Assembly (NCBI RefSeq): GCF_000315625.1
Contig: NW_005434488.1
Span: 43,827-92,162 of the forward strand
Direction of reading: 5' to 3'
DNA: 48,336 bases
DNA from: Guillardia theta CCMP2712
Taxonomy: Eukaryota; Protista; Cryptophyta
Made by a program: the position numbers and the translations under genes. Below are positions 11,970 to 23,675 of this stretch, one piece after another; the stretch's first letter is position 1, and every line of letters starts with the position of its first letter. The notes under the pieces are model-generated. The model was not told where the DNA came from. It made no database searches and worked only from the letters and a program-made list of their open reading frames with translations.

Positions 11970-12330
11970 CCACACCACCCTAACCCCTGATAAAAACATG
12001 ATGACCCCATCAATATACACAACTTATTGCTACAATGTACGGGTACGTGAAGTACCACCGGTACAGACCCTTTCCTTGCGAAGCCTTTTTTTCTCTCATG
12101 CAAGGCCAGTTAAACCACCCCACCTTGACCACTCATGTCCCAGTACCCCCACCATACATTCTAAAGAGGGTTTTATTACCCACCCTTCATGAGTATCATA
12201 CACCCATCCAAAATAGCTTTGCAAGAGGGGTGTAAACGGTCACAAAAAGTACCCCCATCAACATGATACAGATGTGATGACCCCACCCTTGAATATCTGA
12301 GACTGTATTAGACCTACCCACCTCTGTGAT
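11970..12330. promoter_or_regulatory. GTACCC/CACCC motif cluster upstream of RWP-RK copy 1
   Basis: Repeated gtacccc, ccaccc, tacccacc and gggtac words in an otherwise AT-richer stretch. Regulatory role is inferred from position only. Confidence 0.4.
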
Positions 12331-13665
12331 CTCAATATATATTTTAAAAGGTAAGGGATGAAAAGAGGTGCTTTGGCCTTGATAAGACGCCTTCAGATCG
12401 ACGACGTCGGAAAAGAGAGGTTTTCAAAAATTTCCCCATGTTCCATACCGGTACTTATGCCTGGATTTTGACATGGGTACGCTAGCAATGCCTGTCAGCA
12501 ACACTGCCCAGAACTTTGGAGAGGCAGGTTCAATCCCTCCTGGTGGGGTAGGTGTAATGCTATGCAAAGTCTCGATTGTCATGAAGGTAAATCAAGGAAG
12601 GTGTGAGGGTGGCCGTCTTGAGGACTTTTGACCCTTTCAGAAAGTTCTTGGGCTAGAGGAGATTTCAGGCGCTTCTCAAGGGAATTGGGAAGGTGGGCGA
12701 AAAAAATTTATAAGTGTAAAAGTGTGGTCAGAGGGGGGATGTGGGAGGTGGGTAGTGGAACACAGCGAAATGGCGAAACGCGGGGGAGGCAGGACGAGTG
12801 ACGAGGGGAAGAAGAACATTCATAAAGCTACTTCCATGCCACATGCCGATTCGTAGAAGAAAGGAAGAGGTAGGGAGAAGAGAAGAAGGCGCAAGGGGAG
12901 CAAGAATAGCCAAGAAGTCGAGGAGCTCGAATGAGAGTCGCAAGGGAGGTCAAGGTTTGGATGAAGTGGTTAGCAGAGAGGGATAGCAGGGCCGGGCCGG
13001 GCCGAGCCGGGAAGAACATGCGGAGAAGGTTCAAGAAGAGGAAGGGGGAGGGGAAGATGTAATAGTTGAGGCGGCAGTAGCTTGTGAGCCGGGATGGAGG
13101 CCATTCAGACAGCCAGCATTGAGACATGATATGCAGATCTCAGCAGAGAGGCCGAGATTGAGAAAAAGAGAAACGGAAAAGAGGACCGGCAAACTCACAA
13201 TGTGTTCAGCTCAGCATTGTCAAGAAACGATAGATAATGAAATTGTGAAGATGGAATGAGCATAATAGCGATTTGTTGTAAGCAGAGCTAGGATTATCTG
13301 GAAGGTGGAATCTGGAAGGAATTGATGCTGTGAATGTTTTGACTAGAGTAGCTGAGATGATAGATAATGAACATGTAGCTTCTGAACCTGGATAGCTACA
13401 AGAGGGAGGAGGTTGGAAAGATGAAAAAGAGGCAAGGAGGTTGGAAAAGGAGACCATGTTTGATTGTACTCGATAACACAGCACAAGATTGGGAGCTTGC
13501 TGACATAGTTAAGGAGATTGAAGGTGTCGACAGATGGAAAAGGATTTAGCACGGAGAACAAATGAGAGAGACACACTCTGCATGAGAAGAAGACAGGGAC
13601 AGAGACAAAAGAAGAGACAGAGACAGAAACAGAAATACGCACGAAGACAAAGAAACAGATAGAAA

Positions 13666-14050
<385 letters not shown>

Positions 14051-14444
14051 GGGACAGGACTGGTCTTGGGACAGATGAAACGGCAGTCGAAAGGGAGGAG
14101 ATTTTTATAACAAGATGGTTTCTTTGAAACACGAGCAGAAACCAGGCTGTGTTATCAGATACGCTGAACCTCGAATGTGCGCAACATGTAGGAGGAAGCG
14201 AACAACCGACAGACCAGAGGAGGGAATGAGGGACGAAGTTGAGATCAGTGCAGACGGAGCGGCCGGTTTTAGGTGAGCGAAAGATGGAGACACTGTCTGA
14301 TCTTGAAGAGAAGGACAGGCTGAAAGCAGGACAGGGTTGGTGTTGATAAAAGAGAATACGAGGGAATCATGCGAATGCAGAGGCCCTCCAATGATAATTG
14401 AGTTCGGTACTTTCAATCAGAATCTGTGTAAATAAACTTGCGAG

Positions 14445-15500
14445 AGTCACCCTGAGATCAAGTACAGATCACTGTCTCAGTGCTCCCGGGCCGGAATGCT
14501 GTCACAGTTTCGGAAGTTCCGAATTCTCTTGGCATTGTAGGTCTCAGTGTCCGAGGCGCAGGCGCCGCGCAGGTCACCGGGTCTCTTTCTTCACTTGTAA
14601 TGATATCATACCGTCGCGGCTCGGTCACCAGTGAAGCAGCCTGCCCCAGGGCACACTGTCATCATTGAAGCTGCTTTTTAACTTTGAGTAAACTTTGTGA
14701 AGCCTCCACCCGGTAGACCGTCCCCGACGGTGACGGCGGCCGGGCGCCGTGAGTCAGGCGGCGGCCGGGGGGCAACCGTTGGCAATCACCGTTCACCGGC
14801 CGCGCGCCGCCCCCGCGCCGGGGGCCCGGTGCGGCTGCCAGCGGCAGTGACTCGCCAGGGCCAGCCCGGCCTAACTTAACTTCAAGGCTTTGCCAAGTTG
14901 AGCCTTCAAACTTGAACGGATCAACCCGGTGACCTCAGTAGCGGCCGCCGCGCGAGCGGCGGCTTGCCGGGCCGCGGCGGCGGCTCGCCGTCAGACTCCG
15001 CCGGGTATCAGACCGTACCGTGAGGTTAAGTTTGCCAGTCGCCACTGTGACGAGTTTCAAGCACGGTCGGCCGCACTGGGCCAACTTGCAGTGCCGGCGA
15101 GGGCAGGGGTCAAGCCTCTTCGAGTCGACCCTGGCACCACTGAGTCCGACGATCTGCGATCCGATCGGACAATCATCAAGCCGCCGCTCTTGCTGAGGCA
15201 GGCTTCCGAAGTTCGACTCTCCGAGGGCCTAATTGTCCTCGTACCGTACCGTAGAACTGATTTTTAACTTAACTTTGAGTCAAAAAGGACGGACTGGACG
15301 GCGCGCCGCCAAGACTTCCGACAAGCAAGAACAGAACGGTTAACTGGGTTTCAAGCCTTTCAAGTTCTCGGTTGAAAGAACACCCGGCGTCCGAGCCCGG
15401 CCCGGCTGTCGCGGAGCCTCCGATCGCGGTCCTCCGGCACTCACTGACGGCTCCGACTCTGTGTGACTTTCGAGTCCCCGTCGGACCGTACTACGGTCCT
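14445..15500. other. GC-rich palindromic-word island 2, between the divergent RWP-RK genes
   Basis: CCGG, GGCC, GTCAC, TGAGTC, GTACCGTACCG (15241), GATCCGATCGGA (15158) and AACTTAACTT words. Confidence 0.6.
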
Positions 15501-16499
15501 ATCCGCATTGCCGATTAGAAGATACAAGCTCGCCTCAATGTGAATCATGATGTTTCATGGGGGCAGTGATTTACATCTAGTACAAGTTAAACAAATGGCT
15601 GCGATGAAATACCTCCTGCCCAGCCCCTTCGGATGCAGCCGACTCCAGTCACAACCGGCACTACCCCCTACCACCCAAATTCAACGCCTAATCACCACCC
15701 CTTCCACTCGCCGTCTCCGCGTTGGTGCGCAGGGATTTTACTGCACGGATCTCCGAAGTCTCCTGCAATGGGTTTGATTTGGAACGCGTGATCACGTCTT
15801 TAGAATGAACCAGGCTGGTCGTTTTTTTAAAAAACATTTACTCGGACAACCCCAGGGACCCTCCACAAGACAGGTCGTGCAGGGGGTGCAAAGTGGCTTG
15901 GCCCGTGATTCGACATGTCAGCTCAGTTTGACCGGGGGTTCAATATTTGACCATGCAGCATGCCCCGGGAGAAGTCTATCTCGTGATCAAATTTCTCTCA
16001 ATTGTAAATTGTTTTACGGAGAACAGAAAACCACTTGTTGTCAGCAGCCTCCAGTCACGGCGGTTGTCGTGTCTTCAAGAGTTCCTTCGAAACTGCGAAA
16101 AGATAGGATTTCGAGAATGACTCACACAAGAAGATCGGAGGGTCACGAGGTACTAGGAACAAACTTGACTGAATTGTTTATAATGTACCAAGTGATACGT
16201 TGTGCTGTGACAACTGACGAATGAACCATTGCATCTCTGACATCACATCCCCCTTCCGAAAAGTCTCGTTTTTAGAGTGCTCAGACTGTCAGTGGGGCAA
16301 CAATCCGAAACGGTATGTTATCTCCCCGTCCCCCTAATATCCGTGACCCTCGTGACCGCTAAGCAAACTTTTAACAACTACATTTACGTTCTTTCTAGAA
16401 TCATTTTAATGTTTAACAACTGTTTTTATTCCTCAAAAACACATTTAGGTATACAATTACTTTTCTTGAGTCCTTTCGCCATTCAACATTTCCGACGGC

Positions 16500-16860
16500 T
16501 ATACCTGGCCCCACCAGTACGTACCCCACCCCTCCTCCTCCGCCCCACCATCTTTAAGTACCCCTACCCACTAGTATCGTACTCTTTTGTTCCCACAAAA
16601 CTCAATTCCTGATTCATTATAGGGCTCCGATGTCTCGGGATTCTTTGTGCCAGTAGATCGATTATTTTCCAAATGCAGTAGAATATATTTTCAGCTGCCT
16701 CTTACCCTCAAGCTCCCAGGCTTTCTAACCACAAGGCGGATCAATCAGGCGTCCTACATGTGCCTGCTATTGGTACCCCACCCACCGTAGAACCTTTTTA
16801 TTTACCACCCCCTCATGGGGGTAGTGAACCCTACCCACAAGCTTTGGATTGACCACGAGG
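16500..16860. promoter_or_regulatory. GTACCC/CACCC motif cluster upstream of RWP-RK copy 2
   Basis: gtaccccaccc, gtacccctaccc, ggtaccccacccacc, gggggtag. Confidence 0.4.
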
Positions 16861-17389
16861 GGATATCAGTTGAGAAGAGTCGGGGGAAACCACAGATGCG
16901 AGGAGAATGGAGAAACGAGAGGGGAACGAAGGGCGGGGAGGAGGAGGAAGTATGGGAGAGGTCGAGGAAGGGGAGGGATATGGTGAGCAGGAGGATATGA
17001 GACCACGATACCGACAGAGATTGTGCATGATGCTCGTGGAGAGAAGGGGTATGACACAGAGTAGATGAGGCGCAATGAAACAAGACTTGGAAGATCCTGC
17101 CGCAATGTGTAAGAAGATGATGGTGGGATTAGTGAATTCATGCAATAGGAGAACCACAGCCATGAAATCGATCGATCTGATGCATCACAGGAGTAGGTAG
17201 ACCAGCAGACCACGAGTACCGTTTTGTTTCGATACAATTTTCGTACTTTCGTAGATACGAAGCTATCTTTGAATGCCTCTCCTACTCTCCTTTCATGGTT
17301 TGACATGTGAATGTGCAGGACACTTGATACTCGAGATCTAAACACCAGAGCTTCCCTTCCCCTTCACACAAACTTCCAAGACATCTGGA

Positions 17390-18070
17390 ATGGCTGGTGA
17401 GTGCGATGAAGGATTTTCAAGTGCGTGGCGGGTGGGTCTAACGAGAGCATCACAGATCACTTGAACATCGACAAGTCAACGATAGAGAGACTCTACCATC
17501 TCCGACAAGAAGATGCGGCTCGTTCGCTGGTAACTAGAATGTACATGGCCATGGAGTGTCGTAACTCTTTGACTACCAGGGACTCTCGGTAGCGAACTTC
17601 AAGACAGTCTGTCGGAAACTTGGCATTGCCCGATGGCCCTCCTCGCGTGCCAAGAATTCTCCACCTGCTTCCTCTACAGCTCCTGCTCCCGCTCCCGCTC
17701 CTGCTCCACCGGTGGCTCAGCATGCTTCAGCTTCCATGGCCGCCATGCACTTTATGCAGGCGCAGGCGCCCTCGAACGCGGATACCGGCATGCAGCAGGA
17801 GACGCGATCGCACCCGACGTTTGTGGAGGCCCTGTGCTCGCCGAGCTCATCAATACCTCAAGCGATGCCTGAAGACTACATGATGCAGATGGAAATGCCT
17901 CCAAGAGCTGGGACATGGAGCCGGTGGAGCCTGAGCAGAACATGGCTCCTCTTGATATGGCGTGGGTACAGTGGTACTTACAGATAGACGAGTTCGGGCC
18001 TGTGACAGCAGAGAGGAATGACTTCCAGAAGTACTTTATCAACTTGCAACCAATGCAGACTGTAGAGTAG
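17390..18070 (+). CDS. RWP-RK domain transcription factor (copy 2; its domain is absent from the ORF track)
   Basis: ATG GCT G|gtgagt...cacag|AT CAC gives MADHLNIDKSTIERLYHLRQEDAARSL. After gtaact...accag it reads GLSVANFKTVCRKLGIARWPSSRAK. The C-terminal part (DMAWVQWYLQIDEF...TVE* at 18070) is in a different frame, so an unplaced intron or a frameshift is needed. Confidence 0.85.
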
Positions 18071-18155
18071 ATCTTGTTTCCTTGTCTTGTATTTAATTGT
18101 CCTCATGAAGTTTATCATGCTCTGGCGACCGCGTTGCAGTTTGGTGCTGTTTCGA

Positions 18156-20511
18156 TCAGATCTTGAACTCTGGTCTCTTTCTTATCATCTGCACAACAAT
18201 CAGAACTTCTTTCCTCCTTTTCTTCCTTCTCCTCTCACAACTTCCTACCTCCTCATAGGTCGCCATGCGCGTTCCCTCTATGGCGGCATACATGAAGCAG
18301 AGCTTGGGTTCCCCGTTGACCAGCGCAGAAACACCAGAGGAGGAGGGAGGAAAGACGGCAGCACCTGCAACAACGTCAGACTGCTAGGAGGAGGGGAGAA
18401 ATGTTTTCCTCCAGTCGTTCCGACGATCTTGTATCCGCAGACGGCCTTGGGGTAGGTGGCAATACAGGTGGGGTCGACAGTGTTGACTCCCTCCCTCATG
18501 ACCTCGCATGCTGAGCACTGTATGCGGTTGAAACGAGGAAGAGGAAGAGGAGAGGAAGAGGGAAGAGAGAGAAGGAGGGAGAGGATGAAGATCGATAAGA
18601 TGATGATGAAGATGGTGTGAGGAGGAAAGGAGGAGCAGGAAGAGGGAAAGGGAGAGGGGGAGGGAGATGGGAAGTGAGAGGGGAGGGAAAGGGGAGGGAG
18701 AGGGGGGAGGGAGAGGGGGGAGGAGGGGAGGAGGAGGAGGAGGAGGAGGAGGAGGAGGTGGTGGTGGTGGTGGTGGTGGAGGAGGAGGAGGAGGAGAAAC
18801 AGAGGGGCGGCATGAAGGACAAGAAGAAAGTGACCTGAGGCATGCAGGTGCAGGTGTTGATGTCGAGGTAGAAAAGGAGAGTCTCGTTAACGCTCCTCCA
18901 GGCGCCCTGCAGCCAGCCGAGCCCTCCTGCAGACGTAGCTGGCTCCTGAGCAGGAGGTGAGAGGAGGAGAATCGATGCTTAGCAGGACGCAGGAGATGAG
19001 AGCGAAGAATTGTACGCGAGCAGGACCAGTTGTAAGAAGCTCCGCAGAGCATGGAAGACATAAGGGGAGACAGGAAGATTTGAATCAAGGAGGCTGTGGA
19101 TGAGCAGAATATGAATAGGAGGACGTATCGGAGGCGGGAGAAATGAGGGGGTGGGAAGAAGGATATGTAGGAGGAGGAGGAGGAGAGCGAATCAAATGAA
19201 TTCCTTCACCGCGTAGTCGTACTGTCGGCAGAGAGATCCCCATACGTAGGGCTCGCTGGTTGGCACGTGGAGGTTGTCGAAGAGCCTGGAGTTGACCGGA
19301 GTCTTGCGGGAGGTTGAGACGCAGGGGCGATCAGGGGAGCAGTTGGGCTTGATGTCTCGGACTGCGAGCAGACAGCGTATCATGTCAAGATTGTCTGCTC
19401 TTGCACAACTTCGACATCTCCCTCCCTCTTCATCGCCCTGACTGCTTACCGTGTTGCCCCTTCTCCACGCAGAGTTGTCCTGCTCCGCACTCCACCTTGA
19501 GGTTGTAATCAGGGATGCCAACCTTGGGATCGTATCCTGGCACTGAGTTGCCGGCATCGGCTGGTGTGCGGGGCTTGAACGTGCAGTCGCTCTGAAAGCA
19601 GCAAACAGCAAGACACCACAGTCAGTACCCGATGTGTCTTCACGCAAGCTAGCAACAGAGACGTGTAACAAGTTAGCAAGTTTCTACCACGAGGTTTTCA
19701 GCTGTTGATTGTTTCAGAACAGACTCCACTGTCTGCAAGCTGCAGTCCAGCCCCTTCGCACACCATCTGATGGCAAGAGTCAGAGAGCGCAATTCAAAGT
19801 TCTGACAGCAACAACCCTATCGCAGTAGACCCTTTCGCTTGCCTTATATCAACCTGTAGAAAACATCGTCGGCCTCAACCTTATCTCCACTTCTTCATCT
19901 CGATCATCATCTCACAAAATCTCGATGACCCTCCCATCCTCTACCACCACATGCTGTTTGTTCATTTTCTTTCCTACCCACTAACTTGAACTATCCCATC
20001 GCCTTCCTCCCGACCTCCCTTCACGTCCCGATCTCCCAGCAGCTAGCATGCCGGTCACCACACCTGGTATGTGAATTGGAAGGGGAAGGGACCCTGGCAA
20101 GCGTTGTCTCGCCCTACGTCCCCTCGCATCTCTGAGTAACTGACTACAAGCTGCCCGCACCATCACATGTCAGAACGTCTGATAGAGCAAGGCCGCATGA
20201 AGCGAAGGAGCAGGAGCAGGAGCAGGATTGCAGGGGGTGATGCGGGGTGGGAGGGAACAACATCAACAGCAACATCAACAGCAACAGCGGACCTCGTAGG
20301 TCGCAGAGACGAAAGGAACTCCTCCATACTCAGAAGCAGTTGTTGTCGTCGTCGCTGACTGCATCCATCAGACCTGTCAGCTACTAGCGACTCGAAGAGC
20401 ATCGAGTTGCTGACAACTTTGATGAACGGGGTGTCTTACCTGCGATCCTGCATATTGTACCAACAGAGTTGCGATCAATACCACCAGGGCGCTTGCTGCC
20501 GCCCTTGACAT
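18156..20511 (-). CDS. Secreted Cys-rich protein of unknown function, ~11 short exons
   Basis: ATG 20511 starts a signal peptide MSRAAASALVVLIATLLVQYAGSQ|gtaag. Exons include SATTTTTASEYGGVPFVSATYE, LVVSYSEMRGDVGRDNACQGPFPFQFTYQ, SDCTFKPRTPADAGNSVPGYDPKVGIPDYNLKVECGAGQLCVEKGQH, EPATSAGGLGWLQGAWRSVNETLLFYLDINTCTCMPQ and CSACEVMREGVNTVDPTC. Final exon MIRKRPEFKI*. Some junctions unresolved. Confidence 0.7.
18720..18795 (+). repeat. (GGA)n(GGT)n(GGA)n intronic microsatellite
   Basis: Seen directly; lies in an intron of the secreted protein gene. Confidence 0.9.
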
Positions 20512-20774
20512 TGAAGCGTCGCTCACTGGTTAGAGCCCAGTGATGGAGGCGGTGGCGACCGTGAGCTGCTCCCACCCGGCGGCTTCCGAGACTCCTTGCT
20601 CCTTGTCTCTCAGTGACTTCCGTATCTACTAGCTCCTCTCTCCTCTCTCCTCTCCTCTTCCCTCTTCCTCCTCCTCCTACTACAAGTTCCTTCGCAGCCT
20701 GCAAAAACTGATTGATGATTTTGCCGCCTGACAAAATTTGACCTAATTGTAACCGTTTTATAACGAATCAGATC

Positions 20775-21010
20775 CTGAGTCGGCCATTGGGCCCGGGCCC
20801 GGGCAAGCCCGGCGGCACAGAGGCTCTCAGTTTAAGTACCAGAGATTTAACTCAACTCTTTGAGTGAAACCAAGGCCCTGCCTGTCCGGGAGACTCTGGT
20901 CACATGTCAACCTGTACGGTCACGTTACGGTCATGCCATCAGTCACGGAACGTATCTGCAAGTGGTATCCGGAGATCGCATCCCCGGGTCCCTCGGAGTA
21001 GCCGTGCGGG
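20775..21010. other. GC-rich palindromic-word island 3, between divergent genes
   Basis: gggcccgggcccggg, ctcagt, gtacggtcac, ttacggtca, agtcacgg. Confidence 0.5.
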
Positions 21011-21973
21011 TCATGCGCCGTTGAAATATGTTTTCCTGGGCGGTTATCAGCGGTTAGAAGGCGGTTATTGGCCGTTGCCTGCATTACAAACGCGCCCCTG
21101 TGGCAGGCTGTAAAGGATTGTAGTAAAGGGAACACGCGAGAAGGCGCTGGAACAATCGGTGTGTTAGGCAGTAGGCCAGGGTAAGGCGATCTCTCAATTG
21201 ATCTGATAGTACCAGATGCTAGAGGTCGTACCCCTGAGTGGCACTGAGCTCCTACTGAGGGAGTCGCACGCTGACGGGGTCCCAAGAAGGCAAAATAAGC
21301 GCTGACCGTAGCGGTACGGACTGGCAGTCGAAACGTTTCTGAAATAAAACGCTTCGAATAATGTAGGAGTATCTTGCATTCACACCCACCCTTCTCCATC
21401 AGCCATGTTTGAAGGGGACAGTACCGGTCATACGCCAGAATTGTACTGTTTCTGCACTGTTCCTAGAATATGGGGGGTCAGCTTCATGTTCCTACCACCC
21501 CTACCCTCAAAATATCTCTTGAATAGTACAAGGTTATCAGAGCACTTATAGCACAGTGATTTATCGATTAAGATCATATGTAATGTAGCGATACTCTATC
21601 TATCATGGACACAATTTGTCCTTTGAACCCACCCTACCCTACAACAAAGAACACACTGCTCTTGAACCTCTGTCAAGTGGGGGTAGTGTAAAAAGAACAT
21701 ATAAACAAGAGATACACGGCGGCTCGTTGTACTTTCAAGGCAGATTTGTTTTTCCCTCCTCCGAGCAAGCATTGCATTCTTCATTGCTATCTCGTTCTTC
21801 ATTGTTGTCTTTCCCACAACACCGTTCTAGCTTCACTTGCTCCTCGTCTGTGTCTTCCCTCCTTCTGATCTCCCTGCAACGTTTGAGCTTTTTGGGCCCA
21901 GTGCTTAGTCAACTCTCTCGCACCCTCCTCGAACTGCTGTTTGCTCTCCACTCAAACCCCTTCCTATCCCATC

Positions 21974-22447
21974 ATGCGCTCTCTCAACGTACCAGCTTGC
22001 GATTCCGACGAGGAGGAAGTGGTCCCCCAAGTGGTGCTCCCTTCCATTCATGAGGACGAGCGCTCCAAGGACTGCCCCTCGCCCATGGAACCGCCGAAGC
22101 GCTTTTCTCGCAACAGGCTGGGAAGTTTTGACTTATCTGCGGCCAGCGATCTCGCAGACAGCGAGCCTACTTCGTTCGCGGACCGCAAGCTTGCGATGAG
22201 AAGGGGGATGGCGAAGTGGAGCTCAGACAGCAAGGTTATCAGCATGCGAAGGTTCGCAACCGAGGACTTGCATGAGGAACCTGTAGACAGGGAGGCCATG
22301 CTGCAGGCTAGACGGTCTCATAATCAGCAAGTCGGGATCGACATTGCGCGATCCGGAGAGGGCCGTCCACTCCCCGACATGCTGTTACTCACCTGCGGCA
22401 AGAATGAGTTTCGAACGACCAAGCTGGCGGAAGAAGCAAGCAAGTAG
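21974..22447 (+). CDS. Small intronless protein (157 aa), paralog of 35660-36178
   Basis: Clean ORF from ATG 21974 after a CT-rich leader, followed by a T-rich 3' region. C-terminal motif RRSHNQQVGIDIARSGEGRPLPDMLLL is shared with the other copy. Confidence 0.75.
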   Translation: MRSLNVPACDSDEEEVVPQVVLPSIHEDERSKDCPSPMEPPKRFSRNRLGSFDLSAASDLADSEPTSFADRKLAMRRGMAKWSSDSKVISMRRFATEDLHEEPVDREAMLQARRSHNQQVGIDIARSGEGRPLPDMLLLTCGKNEFRTTKLAEEASK

Positions 22448-23039
22448 ATGCTGGTGGTTGAAGAAAGTTGCTTCCAGCTCTTGTATCAATGATTTTCCTC
22501 AGTTTTCCTGAATTTCTTTTTGTTTTATTGTTTATTCTGTTTTAAAAGCCCAGCGAAACTTTCCGATCAAACTTCTCCCTTCTCCACATGTTGGCTGGAC
22601 CATTGGGCCTGTCAATCCTCATGTGGCCTTGAAAGAACCATTCCATCCACTTCCATGGCAGCTTCTCGACTCTTACTTGTACTGTATATGTAGCAACCTG
22701 TCAGCCGCGTGGTTGAGCTGAGATGGATCCTCCTGTTAACTCTGATCTTAGCCATGATCCCTTGAGATAGATTAGTGAAGGACATCCGGGAGCTCGGCTA
22801 CACCGGCATCAAGTTGCTGCTGCCGTGCCCGGGCCTCGGACTCTTGGAGGGTGAGAGGAAGCTGCTCGAGAAGTCACTCGGGGACCCATCGGCCCCCGAG
22901 GTCCAGTGAGTTTGTCATGTGATGGTAGAACTTGATCGGATGTCACTCCTTTAGTTCATTCAAACAACCAGAACTGACTCAACAAGTTTGATCGAGCGAG
23001 ACCGTGGCAACTCAGCCTGCCATTCACTGACTCAAAGTT

Positions 23040-23660
23040 CGGATGCTGGTTGACTGATCACCACACCATCATCGAACCGTTGGAAGGACCCGGTGACCGT
23101 ACCCGGAATCATCCCGAGTCGGGCCCGCGGCTGCCGGCGGGCCGCCGCCGCCTACCGTACTACCATCCGCTCAGTCACTGCCAGTGGCAACTGTTCCCTC
23201 AACTCGACACCAACCACATTCGTGGCAGTTGGGCCGCGACCTGGCAAAGTCCGGCGCCGTGTCAGTGTCACCCCCTCAGGACGGCCGGAGTACGGTCCGT
23301 CACGTCTTGGCAGAGTCACCGGGCGGCGGCCCGGGCGCCGCGCCGGGCCCGGACGGTCAGCGGGGGGCTCACTGGCACGGTGGCTGCGCACGCCCGGCCG
23401 CAGGGCCTGTCAGACGGCGGCCACCCACACTGCCCCACTGCCACGGTCTTGCCCCACACTGCCCAGGCCAGCCGGTTCAAGAGTCGGGCCCTCTCATTAC
23501 TCTTTCCAATCCGGCGCCCGGGCTCCGAGTGGGCCCTCGCCCCCCCCGGCCGCCCCCCCGCGCCCCCCCCCGGCCCAGGCCTCAGGCTGCGGACGCCGGG
23601 CAGCATCCGCCAGGCCCAGTCAGTGAGATTCCGATCACTGACTGGGAGTCTTGTACCTGA
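23040..23660. other. GC-rich palindromic-word island 4
   Basis: ggtgaccgtacc, cagtcactg, gtacggtccgtcac, cccgggcgccg. Overlapping Arg/Pro/Gly ORFs in several frames are consistent with non-coding GC-rich DNA. Confidence 0.55.
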
Positions 23661-23675
23661 AGTTCTCTCCGATCC

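Noticed and set aside
12700-13520. Possible LINE/LTR remnant between the RWP-RK genes
   Set aside because: No reverse transcriptase, integrase or transposase motifs recognisable in the translated frames.
14697-15267. Ala/Arg-rich ORFs
   Set aside because: Same GC-island artefact.
18384-19088. Poly-Pro, poly-Gly and poly-Glu ORFs
   Set aside because: Derived from intronic (GGA)/(GGT) repeats of the secreted protein gene.
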